From: Octopus sinensis
Taxonomy: Eukaryota
Assembly: GCF_006345805.1 (NCBI RefSeq)
Contig: NC_043008.1
Span: 55,986,001 to 56,050,000 of the forward strand
Direction of reading: 5' to 3'
DNA: 64,000 nt
The translations under genes were made by a program, and so were the position numbers. The notes beneath the pieces were generated by a model. That model ran no database searches, was not told where the DNA came from, and saw only the letters and a list, made by a program, of their open reading frames with translations. Positions 26,317 through 40,261 of the stretch are shown piece by piece (positions within the stretch are counted from its first letter, which is position 1; the number at the start of each line of letters is the position of its first letter).

Positions 26317-26965
26317 TGTGTGTGTATGTGTGTCTGGTTGGCTGTCATTATTCAGTTTTATTTCAAGATTTCTTAGCAATAGAGAAAGAGTGTGGGTTTC
26401 TAACTTAGATTGAAGGCTCCTTTGTTGGAATTTCAACAACATCAACAAGGTATATGTGTGTGTGTGTGTGTGTATGTGTGTCTGGTTGGCTGTCATTATT
26501 CAGTTTTATTTCAAGATTTCTTAGCAATAGAGAATGACCAGGTTTCTAACTTAGATTGAAGGCTCCTTTGTTGGAATTACAACAACATTAACATGGTATT
26601 TTTGTATGTATGTATGTATGTATGTATGTATGTATGTATGTATGTATGTATGTGTGCAGATTTGTATATTTTGTTTTATGTATGTTTTCTCATGCATATA
26701 GTTGCATGTCTAGACATGCTCCTATATACTTAAATGATAAACTTCTGGAAAGTTTTACAGATTTTTACTGTTCCAGTGATGGCTTTGATCTGTAGTCTCC
26801 AGATAAGCTTTCTCCTTTCTGGTTTTGAGAAGCCTAATTTCTCAAGATTGATATTTAGGCAGTGTGTCACATATCCCAGTGCCCCAATAATTACAGGTAT
26901 AAACCTGAACTTGTAATCTGGATAGAGTAGCTGTAGATTCTTCAATAGTTCAGCATAGGTCGGTA
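26317..26965 (-). mobile_element. R4/Dong-like (restriction-like endonuclease) non-LTR element 3' end
   Basis: Minus strand YAELLKNLQLLYPDYKFRFIPVIIGALGYVTHCLNINLEKLGF..LQIKAITGTVKICKTFQKFII* (the PVIIGALG motif marks the RLE C-terminus). The 3' UTR contains (ACAT)n and a duplicated ~135-bp terminal block. Confidence 0.75.
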
Positions 26966-27042
<77 letters not shown>

Positions 27043-27781
27043 TGTATGTGTCTGTGTATGTCTCTCCATTGCTTGGCATATGTTGTTGGTTTGTTTATCT
27101 CCCTGTAACTTTGTGCTTTGGCAAAAGAGACTACAATTATAGTACCAGGCCTAAAAAAGACGGAGTACTGGAGTCGATTTCTTTAGCTGAACCCTTCGAA
27201 GTGGTGCCCTGGCATGGCTGCTATCCAATGACTGAAACAAGCAAAAGGTAAACAGATGGGTATATCATGACTTAAAAAGCCCTTTCAAGGTTGACCTTGA
27301 CATTTCTTCTAATCCTTTCAAGGTTCATGTAGTTAAGTACCAGTGAAGAAGTGGGGGTGAGGTGGGGTTGCTACCATCAGCAAAATGCTACCCTTTCACC
27401 CCTACCCTACCCCCAACAACTCACATTTCTTGTGACCTTGTGACTGTGTGGTAAATATGTTATTAGTTTTGTTTTTTGGTAATTAACTGGCGCTGAGGTG
27501 TAGTGGAGTGGGTGGGTGTAACATAGGCTTAAGAATTTAATTCTGCAAAGTGTGCAAGACTTGTCTGTTTGTAGTTGAGTAGAAAATAGCGATATTTAAG
27601 TAGGGTTTCACTTCTGAGGGAATTGATACTCTGTGTGCGTGTGCATGTGTGTACATGCGTACGTGCCATTTGATAGCCAGTGAATTAAAGTGTGTGTATT
27701 TTCTTCAAGCAGATCTGCTTCCTGACACAGTTTCCTTTATAGTAACGGCTATATTAATCATAATTTATAATTAGTTCATTA

Positions 27782-27832
<51 letters not shown>

Positions 27833-28317
27833 ATATATATGTATGTATGTTTCTGTGTGTGTGTGGTGTGTGTGTGTGTGTGTGTGTGTGTGTGCATTTA
27901 TATATGCAGACGTGGCTGTGTGGTTGTGTGGTTCTGGGTTCAGTCCTACTATGTGGCACCATGGGCAAGTGTCTTCTACTATAGCTATGGGCCAGTCAAA
28001 GCCTTGTGAGGGGGTATTTGGTAGGCGGAAACTGAAAGAAGCTTTAAAAAAACATGACAAGTCATCTACGGTAGCCTGCTGTTGACTCTTATGCTGCAAC
28101 ACCATAAAAAGTATCTTGGGTGGGCCCTCTTTCAACACTGCTCGATACCCCCATTATAAAGATGTTTTATATTAGGTAAATGACATCTAGTGAGACCCTC
28201 TATTGACTTTCATCCTTTCGGGGTCGGTAAATTAAGTACCAGTTGTGTACTGGGGTCGATTCAATCGACTGCTCCACCTCCCAAAAAATTTCGGGCCTTG
28301 TGCCTAGAGTAGAAAAG

Positions 28318-28355
<38 letters not shown>

Positions 28356-29599
28356 TATTATTATTAAAGCCAAAGAAGTGACTAATATTTAAAATTGAAA
28401 ATAAATTGAAATTACTAAGAGCAAAATGACTTAAATGAACCAGTGGCATAAATTTAGATAATTAAGTTAACAAGAAATGTACAGAATGCTGAATGCAAAC
28501 GATACTTCCTAAATGAAATTTTCCTCTTGATTTGAGTCTACATTCTTAGTTGAAATCCTGCCATTTCTGGCATTCCTTCGGGTAGGTCGTTAAGAGGAGT
28601 ACCAGTAAGGTACTGTTGTTGAATTGATTGTGACTTTGTTTTCTTAATGTAAGAAATTGTTGCTGTTGTTGTTGTTTAACTCCAGATCAGTACTGTAATA
28701 CAGCAAATGTATAATCAAGGTGTTCTACCTGTTACCACCCAATCTTTTGTATATCTAGGACTACTTTATTCTCCATCATATTTTTTTTTTGTAGACAGTA
28801 AGGCTGTCTTTGGCCAACTACTGCCAATAGGACATGCAAACTTCTTATTTCTTTACTGCCCACAAGGGGCTACACACAGAGGGGACAAACAAGGACAGAC
28901 AAATGGATTAAGTCGATTACATCGACCCCAGTGCGTAACTGGTACTTATTTAATCGACACCGAAAGGATGAAAGGCAAAGTTGACCTCAGCGGAATTTGA
29001 ACTCAGAACGTAGTGGCAGACGAAATACTGCTAAGCATTTCGCCCGGCATGCTGACATTTGTGCCAGCTCGCTGCAAACTTCTGCCATAAGGAATGGTAT
29101 ACTTAAAGAAAAATTACTTCAAATTTTTTCTAGTAATTTTTCTTTAAGTATACCTGATGATGAACCATTTCTCATGTGGCATGTTTCTCTTAATAGATAG
29201 CCCATGCCTGCAGTAGAATGTGATTTAGCCTTTAATCTAACTATATCTGACCCCAAATATTCAACCTGATTTATGTTAAAACTGACCAGATCCAACCTAT
29301 CACACCTACCCTATAATGTCATTCTAAAAAACATACAAACACACCATTGAAATCTTGAAGCTACATGATAATGCATAATTAACTGGAAACAACATGAATA
29401 AATAAGTGATACATTTGACAAAGAAATCTGAATGCTAAAGGATTAAGGAGATTGGACTGGTTCAGCAAGTATGTTGAAATGGTTCTCAATCATTTTTTTC
29501 ATCTATAGACCCCTTCAATTCCTATTTTACTCGGAAGGACCTTCCTAGCCATTCAATGTTTAAGAAATCATAAAAGTATGATCTTTGAACATTGGGCTT

Positions 29600-30052
29600 C
29601 ATGGAGGCAATGATAAGAGACACACTTTTGGCACTATGCTGTGCTTGAGAAGACCCATGAAGACAAGTGAAATCATAGCCATGCTGATGCCAGTGTCACA
29701 TAACTGGCACCTGTGCCAGTAGCACATAAAAGCACACTTCAAGCATTGTGTCTCACTAAGGCAGTGATAAGTGACTGAGACCTTTGGCAATATGTTGTGC
29801 TTGAGGAGGCCCGTCAAGCCAAGTGAAATCGTAGTTGTGACTGGTGCTGGTGTTACATAACTGGCACCTGTGCTGGTGGCGTGTAAAAAGCACCCATTAC
29901 ACTTTTGGAATGGTTGGTGTTAGGAAGGGCATCCGGCTGTAGAAACTATGTCAAATCAGACTGGAACCTTGTGCAGTTCTCCAGCTTAGCAGTTTCAGGC
30001 AAACTGTCTAACCCATGACAGCATGGAAAGCAGATGCTAAATGATGATGATT
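29600..30052 (+). mobile_element. RTE LINE 3' end with internally duplicated terminal segment and (GAT)n tail
   Basis: Two copies of the segment TGCTGTGCTTGAGAAGACCC..CAAGTGAAATC (end of the ORF), followed by the common 3' UTR and ATGATGATG. Confidence 0.7.
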
Positions 30053-31409
30053 GACAAGGATGATGATGATATTATTAGGAATTGCATAAAAAGAAATTGT
30101 TGAAAAAATTTGTGTATTGTGCAATTTATAGCTGATAAATCTTAACAATAAAATCTTATGTAGATTTCTCTGTAAAACCCGAGGGGCCAATGTGGACCCC
30201 AACTGCCATGTGGGCCCCTGTTGAGAGCCATTGATGTAGATCATCCATAGGCTACCTGCAGCTTCACTGGACCTTCTGAAAGGCATCCCGAATGAAAAAA
30301 ATCATCTTGAATTTTTTTTGTCTAGTAGTGCATCCTGCCCCATGATGAAGCATGTCTCATATGGCCTGCTTCTTTGGAAACAGTTGTCCATGCTTAATAT
30401 AGAAAGATGCTCCTCATATGTTGGCTTGAAGAAAGAGAACGATGTCAATGAAGCACAAATTAACAGTGTTCCAGAATAATTACGGCTGTTGTTGTTGTTG
30501 TTGTAGCTTATCTGAAATTTTGGAGAAGAATGTCTGATTTTGATAATGGTGACTGATAGAATTTTAGCCACTTAGGAAACGGCTGACCAGATAACCTGCT
30601 GGCCTGGCTGCTACCCCTATCTCTTCTACTCTGACTAATTATAATGCAGTGACTGTTTCGAGGATTGTTATCACAAACTGACTAATTGTCAAAATGTGTA
30701 GAATAGAGATCCTCTGTGTATGCACGCATGCATGCATGCATGCATGTGTGTGTGTGTCTGTGTGTTCACAGGAAACTATGCGAGACAGGGGATTTTGGAG
30801 TAGCTATATCCTGACTGTTATTATTATTATTATTATTATTATTAAGGTGGTGAGCTGGCAGAATCATTTATGTGTTGTACAGATTGCTTAGCGGCATTTC
30901 ATCCGTTTAAAAGACAAAAAAAGAAAAAGAAAAAAAGGGACAGCAAGCTGGCATAATCTCTAGCATGCCAGGTGAAATGCTGAGTGGTATTTCATCTGCC
31001 ACTATGTTCTGAGTTCAAATTCTGTCGAGGTCGACTTTGCCTTTCATCCTTTTGGGGGTTGATGAAGTAAGTACCAGTTACGCACTAGGGTTGATGTAAT
31101 TGACTAGTCCCCTCCCCCCAGTTTCAGACCTTGTGACTATAGTAGAAAGGATCGTCGTCGTCGAGTGAGAGAGCAGTGCATGCCATCAAAGTGACCCTGG
31201 GGTAAAATATACAAAGTCCAGTATACCCATCATGTCTACCTGTCTGATAATGGTATACCAGGCACATGCATCACAACCAAATGTGCGCAACATGGTGATC
31301 TCATATCAAGATAAACAGCACATGACCTTGCAGGTGGGGCCTAGTTAGAATTTTCTTCTGGTCAAGTAGCTCATCCTGCTCAAAGGGTCCCTGAATAAGG
31401 GTTGTTTAA

Positions 31410-31629
31410 CCCTTTAGCATTCATATTAATTTGGCAAAAATAATCCTTATTTATTCACATTTAAAAAAAATTATCTGATATTATTTTGTAGCTTCAAGAT
31501 TTGAAAGATGTAATTGCTTATTTTTAGAATGACATTGCAGGGTAGGTGTGAGATGCTGGCTCTGGCCAGTTTGAGCATAAAACGTGTAGAATATTTTGGC
31601 CAGATACAGCCGGTTTAAACACTAAAGGG
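31410..31629. mobile_element. piggyBac-type MITE inserted at TTAA inside a family-E element
   Basis: TTAA|CCCTTTAG..CTAAAGGG|TTAA. The uninterrupted family-E copy at about 56910 has a single GGTTGTTTAA site. Degenerate relatives lie at about 23366-23548, 29225-29444, 59470-59632 and 63040-63240. Confidence 0.85.
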
Positions 31630-32284
31630 TTAAGGATGTTGAACAGAATTCCTCTCAACACATGGCTATGATGTTCTCCCACTACTTCTTTTAGCTCTTC
31701 TAGTGCTGAATTAAAATTCTTCTGAGGTAGACTTAACCGCTTATCCTTTTGGGGTTTATAAAATAAGTACCATTCGAGCACTGGGAGAGGTGGGGTGTCA
31801 ATGTAATTAACTTGCACCCTCTTGCCCCAAATGTCAGGCCTTGTGCCTACAGTAGAAAGGATTAATGTTGTTGTTGTTGTTATATGTAGCTTACTACTGC
31901 CAATTTAGATGAATAAAGATAACGACCTTTAATTTTTTAATCTGCAAAAATCTTAATCGTTTTATTTCTCTGTTTCTTCCTCATTGTTCCTGAGTTTGGG
32001 AAATTCCCACCAACTTTTTTTGTAGCCATAGTGTGTGTGTGTGTGTGTGTGCGTGCGTGTGTGTGTGTGCGTGCGTGTGTGTGTGTGCGTGTGGTGGGTC
32101 TGCTTGGAAATTCTTGTCAGTTTCATTTTGTAACCCGACTGTGATTCAGAGTTGAAATTTGTTTACCCTCCCAAGAGAATCAAGAAAGCCACAACCATCC
32201 GTTTCCTCTCTCGAAGTCTTAAAATTTTTCTTGCTTATTCTTATATAACAGTGCCAACCCATCAACCAACATGTATACATAATA

Positions 32285-32383
32285 TACAAATATGCTTTGA
32301 TACATACATACATATATATACATGTATATATATGTATATATATGTATGTATATGTATATATATGTATGTATATGTATGTGTAT

Positions 32384-32427
<44 letters not shown>

Positions 32428-32446
32428 TGTATGTACGTATATATGC

Positions 32447-32487
<41 letters not shown>

Positions 32488-32505
32488 TATATGTACGTAT
32501 ATATG

Positions 32506-32538
<33 letters not shown>

Positions 32539-32555
32539 GTACGTATATATGCATG

Positions 32556-32620
<65 letters not shown>

Positions 32621-32639
32621 TGTATGTACGTATATATGC

Positions 32640-32670
<31 letters not shown>

Positions 32671-32716
32671 TATATACATATATATATACACACATGTATG
32701 TACGTATATATGCATG

Positions 32717-32765
<49 letters not shown>

Positions 32766-32790
32766 CATGCATGCACACACATACATATGG
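32285..32790. repeat. Compound (TA)n/(TATG)n microsatellite; representative of dozens
   Basis: Similar tracts at 4800-5255, 17900-18225 and 63640-64000; (ATT)n at 25207-25317; (ATC)n at 48195-48515; (GA)n at 43836-43921 and 53390-53523. Confidence 0.95.
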
Positions 32791-33099
32791 CCTGTGTATT
32801 GATGCTATCTCTTCATATCTAACATGTCTAACACACTGAATGATGAAATGTAAAGTTGATTCAATGGTATTTGAACTCAGAATGTAAAGGGGTTTTACTA
32901 AGAATACTTCCTTTTTTTCTCTTTTTTAGCATTTTGTCTGATGCCCTAATCCTCCTTCTCTTTATCTCCTTGTTGTCCTTGGCGTCCTCCCCTCCCCTCT
33001 GCCTTAACCCCCCCACCCCACCCCTTATCTTCCCTCCTTCCTTTCCTCTTGCTCCTCTTCTCCAGCCTCCCAAATTCTCCCTTCTCCTATGTCCTTCAT

Positions 33100-33602
33100 C
33101 ACTGCCATCACCACCACTGCCGCCACCACCACCATTACCACCACCACCACCACCACCACCACCACCACCACCATCACCACCACCACCATCATCATCATCA
33201 CCACCATCACCACCACCATCATCATCACCACCACCACCACCATCACCACCACCACCACCACCACCACCACCACCATCATCATCACCACTATCACCACCAC
33301 CACCACCATCATCATCACCACCACCATTACCACCACCACCACACCACCACCATCACCACCACCATCATCACCACCATCACCATCACCACCATCATCATCA
33401 TCACCACCACCACCACCACCACCACCACCATCATCACCACCACCACCACCACCATCACCACCACCATCATCATCACCACCATCATCATCACCACCACCAT
33501 TACCACCACCATCACCACCACCACCACCATCATCATCACCACCATCACCACCACCACCACATCATCATCATCACCACCATCACCACCACCACCACCACCA
33601 CC
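33100..33602. repeat. Mosaic (CAC)/(CAT) trinucleotide tract
   Basis: About 500 bp of ACC/ATC triplets; the source of the poly-Pro/His/Thr ORFs. Confidence 0.95.
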
Positions 33603-35221
33603 AGCCTCTGCTACCGCCCATGTTTACTGCATTCTTTTCCTGAGTGTCAAGTGCTCTGGTTACATGTTTGTCATCATCACTTCCAACTACAACCTTGCAC
33701 TTAATGCTGGGCACCACCTAGACACACTCATCATCGGGCCCCATTCCGTCATCCCCATTGTCCTAAGTGCATCAAACATGACACCACTATCCTTCTTCAG
33801 AGTCTTGACAATGGGTTTTGGAAGGATTCCCCACAGTCGTCCTTCCTCCTATGGAACAGTTGCCAGACGAGGACTTGTTTGGCAGGCAACTCTGGGTGTT
33901 TCGGACAGTATCTTTCCAGATGTAACTCTCTTCCTGCTATCTATGCTAGATGTGTCATTTGCTTGTATAAAATAATAGAATTGAATTGAATTTATTATTT
34001 GATGATTAAACTATTTAATTGTTCAGTTTATTATTTTGGTTTCCATTTCTAATTTATATTTATGTATGTGTATGTGTGTGTGGCCGTTGCCAGCGCCGCC
34101 CTGACTGGCCTCCATGCCGGTGGCACGGAAAAAGCACCATCCGATTGTGGTCATTACCAGCCTCGTCTGGCCCCCGTGCAAGTGGCACATAAAAAGAACC
34201 CACTACACTCTCGGAGTGGTTGGCGTTAGGAAGGGCATCCAGCTGTAGAAACACTGCCAGATCAGACTGGGCCTGGCGCAGCCTTCTGGCTTCCCAGACC
34301 CCAGTTGAACTGTCCAACTCATGCTAGCATGGAAAACGGACGTTAAACGATGATGATGATGATGATATATATATATATATATATATATATTTGTACATAT
34401 ATACTGGTGTCACAAAAAGTGACCCATAAGCACACGCCAGTGTTATGCAAATGGCACCCGTGCTGGTGCCATGTAAAAGCACCCCATTGCACTCTCAGAG
34501 TGGTTGGCGTTAGGAAGGGCATCTAGCTGTAGAAAACCAAGCCTAACCAGACTGGTGCCTGGCACAGCCTTCCGGAGTGCCAGCCCTGTCAAACCGCCCA
34601 ACCCATGCCAGCATAAACAACGGATGTTAAATGATGATGATGATGTACATATAATATCTATATATATATATGTTTGTATGACAGGCTTCTTTTACTTTCC
34701 ATCTGCCACATCCATTCACAATGCGTTGATCAGACTGTTGGTATAATGGAAGATATTTGCTCAGCATGCCTCACAGTGGGACTGAACACACGATCACACG
34801 GTCAGCAAACAAGCTCCTTACCATGCAGTTATGTCTGTGCAGCAAGCTTCTAATGTATTCTTTTCACTTTAAGAATATTTTTTAAAAAATCAAGATAAAT
34901 ATTAATGATACAATCTCAGTGTAGCAAAATATAAGGCGTTGTGCCAAGATTGTATAAATAGCTTTGGCCTAGAATTAAATTTGAGATGAATTTTATATTA
35001 GCTGTAGTTGTGGCTGTATAGTAAGACATCTGTTTTCCAATCACATGGTTTTAGGTTCAGTCCCACTGTGTGGCACCTTGGGTAAATGTTTTCTACTATA
35101 GCCTTGGGCCGACCAAAACCTTCTGAGTGGATTTGGTAGATGGAAACTGAAAGAAATCCTGTGTGTGGTGTGTAAGATTTTGCTTAGGCATAGTGATACT
35201 AATAACAACCTGTTGTTAGAA

Positions 35222-35296
<75 letters not shown>

Positions 35297-36049
35297 CCTG
35301 TGTCGGTGGCACGTAAAAAACACCATCCGAGCGTGGCCGTCTGCCAGCCTCGTCTGGCACCTGTGTCGGTGGCACATAAAATCACCCACTACACTCTCGG
35401 AGTGGTTGGCGTTAGGAAGGGCATCCAGCTGTAGAAACACTGCCAGATCTGACTGGCCTGGTGCAGCCTTTGGGCTTGCCAGACCCCAGTTGAACCGTCC
35501 AACCCATGCTAGCATGGAAAGCGGACGTTAAACGATGATGATGATGATGATGATGATATACATACACACACACACACATATATGAGCCTGGTGCAGCCAT
35601 CTGGCTCGCCAGTCGTCAGCGAAACCGTCCAACCCATGCCAGGATGGAAAGCGGACATTAAATGGTGATGATGATGATGATGATGATGATATATATATCC
35701 CACTGCATAGCACCTGGGACAAGTGTCTACTACTATAGCCTCAGGCTGACCAAAGCCATGTGAGTGGATATGGCAGATGGAAACTGAAAGAAGCCTGTTG
35801 TGTATATACAGTATATGTGTGTCTATGCATGGGGTGGGGGTATCCTACACAGTGCTTATGTGTTTATATCCCCATAACTTAGCAGTTTGGCAAAAGAGGC
35901 TGATAGAATAAGCGCCAGGCTTAGAGAGAAAAGAATAAGCACTAGGGTAGATTCATGTGACTAAAAATTTTTGAAGCCAATACTCCAGCCTGGCCACAGT
36001 CTATGACTGAAACATGTAAAAGACAAAAGATACACACACACACACATAC

Positions 36050-36059
36050 ACAGAGTACT

Positions 36060-36103
<44 letters not shown>

Positions 36104-36295
36104 ACACACACACACACACACACAGAGTATCACATACACAGAGTAACGCACACACAGTAATGCACACACACACTCACACACAGAGTACCGCACACTCACA
36201 CACAGAGTACCGCACACTCACACACAGAGTAAGGCACACACACACACAGTAATGCACGTGCACACACACAGAGTAACGCACACACATATGCATGT
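36050..36295. repeat. (CA)n-derived ~20-bp minisatellite
   Basis: Recurrent CACACACAGAGTA(A/C)CGCACAC units. Confidence 0.8.
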
Positions 36296-36551
36296 GTGTG
36301 TTACTGTCTCCTTGCTTTGATTCTCATGATAAGTTCCATTGCTATGCAAGAAGTATCCTTCAGAATTTCCAATCTTCCATGAAAACATGTCTGGTCATGA
36401 GTGAGTGTGTGTGTGTGGGGGGGGAATATAAGTCCTTTCTTGGAAGCAGATGACGGTTGGCAACAAGGAAGGGCACCTAGCCATGGAAAATTCACTCCAA
36501 CAAATCCCATCCAACCCATGCAAGAATGGAAAAGTGGACATTAAAGATGAC

Positions 36552-36582
<31 letters not shown>

Positions 36583-37823
36583 GTGATGATGGTTTACAAA
36601 CTTAAATAGAGATTCCAGATTTATGTAAACCTGATATTTACCACTTTCTACTCTCTAAGCACTCAAAACATGAGTCCAGCAGCTTGGTGCCACTTTCTTT
36701 TCCTTTTTTTTTGTTAATGCTGTCGGATGTTACCAGAAATGGTTCAAACTTTAACAATGTCACTCCTGAGATCAGACTAAAACATGGGAGGAGAGAGAGA
36801 AAGGCAGAGGCAGAGGCATTGCATCAATAAGAGGCGCTTTACTGTCGCAGTGTTGAGTTAAGAACTTCCTGTGGAACAACGCCCATCTAGGAAGAAAGGA
36901 GTGCTGTTGCAGGAACCATAATAACAACACTTAGGCTCTGGCCAATGAGAAAACAGCTGTATGGTCATTAGGTTATTAGACCGGCTAGAAATAGCAGCCA
37001 AATCTCCCTCAGATTATACCATGTCGTCATAAAAAAAAAACAGAGAACACTAGGAACGTAATGCTAGGTACAATGCCTGAAATACAGTTGGGTGGTCATA
37101 TTTGGAAATTCTTTGATCATGGGTCAGCCTAGAGTTAAACAACTATAGCCGCTTTTACACATAAGCAATAGAGGGGCCTACTCAACCTGCTAGGTATTTC
37201 TTTTCTCTCTTTAACTCATTTCAGTCATTTGACTGTGGCCATGCTGGAGCACCACCTTGGTGGATTTTAGCCAAATTGATCTCAGGATTTATTTTTTTAA
37301 AGCCTACTACTTATTCTGTCGGTCATTTTATGCTGAACTGCCAAGTTATGAGGGGAAGGGGCGTAAACACACCAACACTGGTTGTCAAGCGGTGATGGGA
37401 GTCCAAAGATGCATACACTCACGATGGGTTTCTTTCAGTTTCTGTCTCCCAAATCCACTCATAAGGTTTTGGTTGGCCTGAAGCTGAAGTAGAAGACACT
37501 TACTCAAGGTGCCTCACAGTGGGACTGAACCTGGAACCATGTGGTTGGGAAGGTTTTTTTACCATGCGGCCACCTGTCAAAAAACCTTATCTTTATCATC
37601 CTGAAAAATAAAAGGACACATTGAGTAATTTAGGCCCAGATACACAAAAGATGGGATGAAGGAATGCCTTTGATCAAAAGGTTACTTGATCATGGCTGAC
37701 CTAGGACAAAATTGCAACAGCATAATATTTACACCAAATCATGTTGCATCCTTGTTTATTCCCAGATTAGTGCTGATCTGGCAGACATCTGATCAAATGT
37801 GTTCTAGCTATGACTATAATCTT

Positions 37824-38035
37824 CTATTTCAAACACAGTGTATTTATATATATTATTTACATTATTTACATTTGATAGATATTTGTCCTCATCTTGTTTG
37901 TTGTTAACACGTTTTGGCTGATATATCCTCCAGCCTTCATCAGGTGTCTTGGGGAAATTTCGAACCTGGGTTCTCATTCCTAAGATATTTTTCAATGTTG
38001 TTGTTGTTGTTGTGTTGTTGTTGTTGTTGTTGTTG

Positions 38036-38085
<50 letters not shown>

Positions 38086-38391
38086 TACTGCCTGACTGGC
38101 CCTCGTGCCAGTGGCATGTAAAAGCACCCACTACACTCTCGGAGTAGTTGGCATTAGGAAGGGCATCCAACTGTAGAAACTCTGCTAGATCAAGATTGGA
38201 GCCTGGTGCAGCCATCTGGTTTGCCAGTCCTCAGTCAAATTGGCCAACCCATGCTAGCATGTAAAACAGACATTAAACGATGATGATGATGATGATGATG
38301 ATGATTATTATTTTTCAGGTCACTGCCTGGAATTGAACTTGAAATCTTGGGGTTAATAGCCCGTGCTCTTAACCACAACGCCATATACCTG
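37824..38391 (-). mobile_element. tRNA-headed short retroposon with (AAT)n linker and hammerhead-like 3' module, interrupted by an RTE 3' insertion
   Basis: Head (minus) GGTATATGGCGTTGTGGTTAAGAGCACGGGCT..AAGTTCAATTCCAGG at about 38313-38391; RTE piece at 38090-38305; (AAT)/(AAC) tract; body at 37824-37995 matching 38470-38640. Confidence 0.65.
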
Positions 38392-38422
38392 AATAATAAT
38401 AATTATAATGATAATAATAATG

Positions 38423-38473
<51 letters not shown>

Positions 38474-38640
38474 TCGAAAAATACCTTAGGAATGAGAACC
38501 CAGGTTCAAAATTTCCCCAAGACACCTGATGAAGGCTGGAGGGTATATCAGCCGAAACATGTTAAAAACAAACAAGATGAGGACAAATATCTGTCAAATG
38601 TAAATAATGTACATAATTCCTCATCTCTTAAATATAGAAC
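38388..38640 (+). mobile_element. Headless inverted second copy of the same retroposon
   Basis: CCTG(AAT)n plus a body that is the reverse complement of 37824-37995. Confidence 0.7.
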
Positions 38641-38894
38641 AGTCATGAATGACCATGGGATTGCACCTAGAAAGTTACCTTCCGAGGCACAAGTCTGGGC
38701 AATGTGGTTTATTGTAGATCGGTTGTTGTCCATCCATACCAGCCTCCCCTCTTCATGCCACCAATGTTATCCAAAGGAAAGGCAAAGGCTGATATAGCTT
38801 GGTGCCAGTGACCTCACAACTCATTTCTATAGCTGAGTGAACTGGAGCAACATGAAGAACACAACATACAACATGGTCTTGGATTCAAACTCAA

Positions 38895-39440
38895 TGGTTT
38901 GACAGGAGCTGACCAGCTGGGGAGCTGTCCAAACTCCAGTTGTCTGTTGTGGCATGATTTCTACAGCTGGATGCCCTTCCTGATGCCAACTGCTTTGCAG
39001 AGTGTGTTGGGTCCTTTTTACATGCTACTGGCATGGGTGCATTTTCACAGCATCACCATGAGTGCATTTCATGTGGTACTGGCACCTCTGAAGGACCAGC
39101 CTGTATGTATGGATGATGGTGATTTTACTTCACTTGATGTGTCTTCTCATGCACCACAAATCACTGCAACTTCCAGTCTATTGTGATTTCCTCAGTGAGG
39201 CCCAGCTCCTGAAGATTCTTTCTCACCACATCATCCAACATCCTCCTGGGTCTACCCCTTCCACAGGTACCCTTCACGGTTAGAGATTGGCACTTCCTTA
39301 CACAGCTGTCCTTATTCATACATATCGCATGACCAAACCAGTGCAATCTTCTCTCTTGCACACAACATCTCATGCTCCTTATACCCAGTTTTCCTCTTAA
39401 ATCATTTTCACTCTGTCATGCATGCATACTGACATTACCC
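38895..39440 (-). mobile_element. RTE-clade LINE 3' end (RT C-terminus plus 3' UTR)
   Basis: ORF 39161-39373 RRLHWFGHA..GTCGRGRPRR..VVRKNLQELGLTEE runs directly into the AGGAAGGGCATCCAGCTGTAGAAA 3'-UTR block found about 20 times in the window. Confidence 0.85.
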
Positions 39441-40261
39441 ATCCAGCAGAGCATGAGAATAACTTTGCAAAAAGCGATCTACAGAGTAAATACCATGCTT
39501 GAAATAAAGAGTACTGGGGTTGGTTTGTTTGGTTGAAAATCATTCAAAGCAGAGCTCCAGCATGGTCACTGGCCAAAGACTTAAACAAATAAAAGATATA
39601 AAGACAAAAAAACCAAAAAAAGTACCTATATATCTAATTCTTTAATTATTATTTTTTTCTCCATCAAAGTTTTTATCATTCCTCTTTTTTGAAATGACAT
39701 TAAATAAATAAAAAAAAAAAATTTCTCCAATTTTTTTTTCTTAATATTTCATTCCGTTTCCTTTATAAATTACATATCATTAGTCACTAATGAACAGCTC
39801 ACTGCTAATTTCAGGAGATTGAGTGACTGTTGAAGTAGTTTGAGGCCAAGTGAGGTGTTGTTGAGAATGCATGACTAGAAACTAAACAGCATAGTCAAAT
39901 ATGATATCTATCTTTGAAGATGATGATGATAATGGTAATGGTAGTGGTGATGGTGGTGATAATTGTAATAGTTCCTCTGTTGATTATATCTGAAAACTGG
40001 TATGTTTTGCGACTAAAACAGTTGGTTGGATGAGTCAGGTTTGGTTGGTCAAAGAATTTTTTTGCTGTTCATATTCTTTCGGCAGTACTGCCCTGTGTTA
40101 GTTTTCCACGGCCAAAAACGGCAAATGCTCTTCAGTCTGCTACAGAACTTCTAAGTGGTCTCTTGACCTGCTGATATTTATAAAATCTAATCTCCCTTGA
40201 ATCATGCCCTTCTGAGCTGAAAAGCGAAGTCTGTGCCATGCCAAATAGCAGAGCTTTATTG

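Noticed and set aside
32146-33975. Long ORFs (170-308 aa) rich in YI, Pro, His, Thr or Val
   Set aside because: Translations of (TA)n and (CAC/CAT)n tracts that lack stops in several frames. The same applies to the other YI, VC, SL and RE ORFs in the track.
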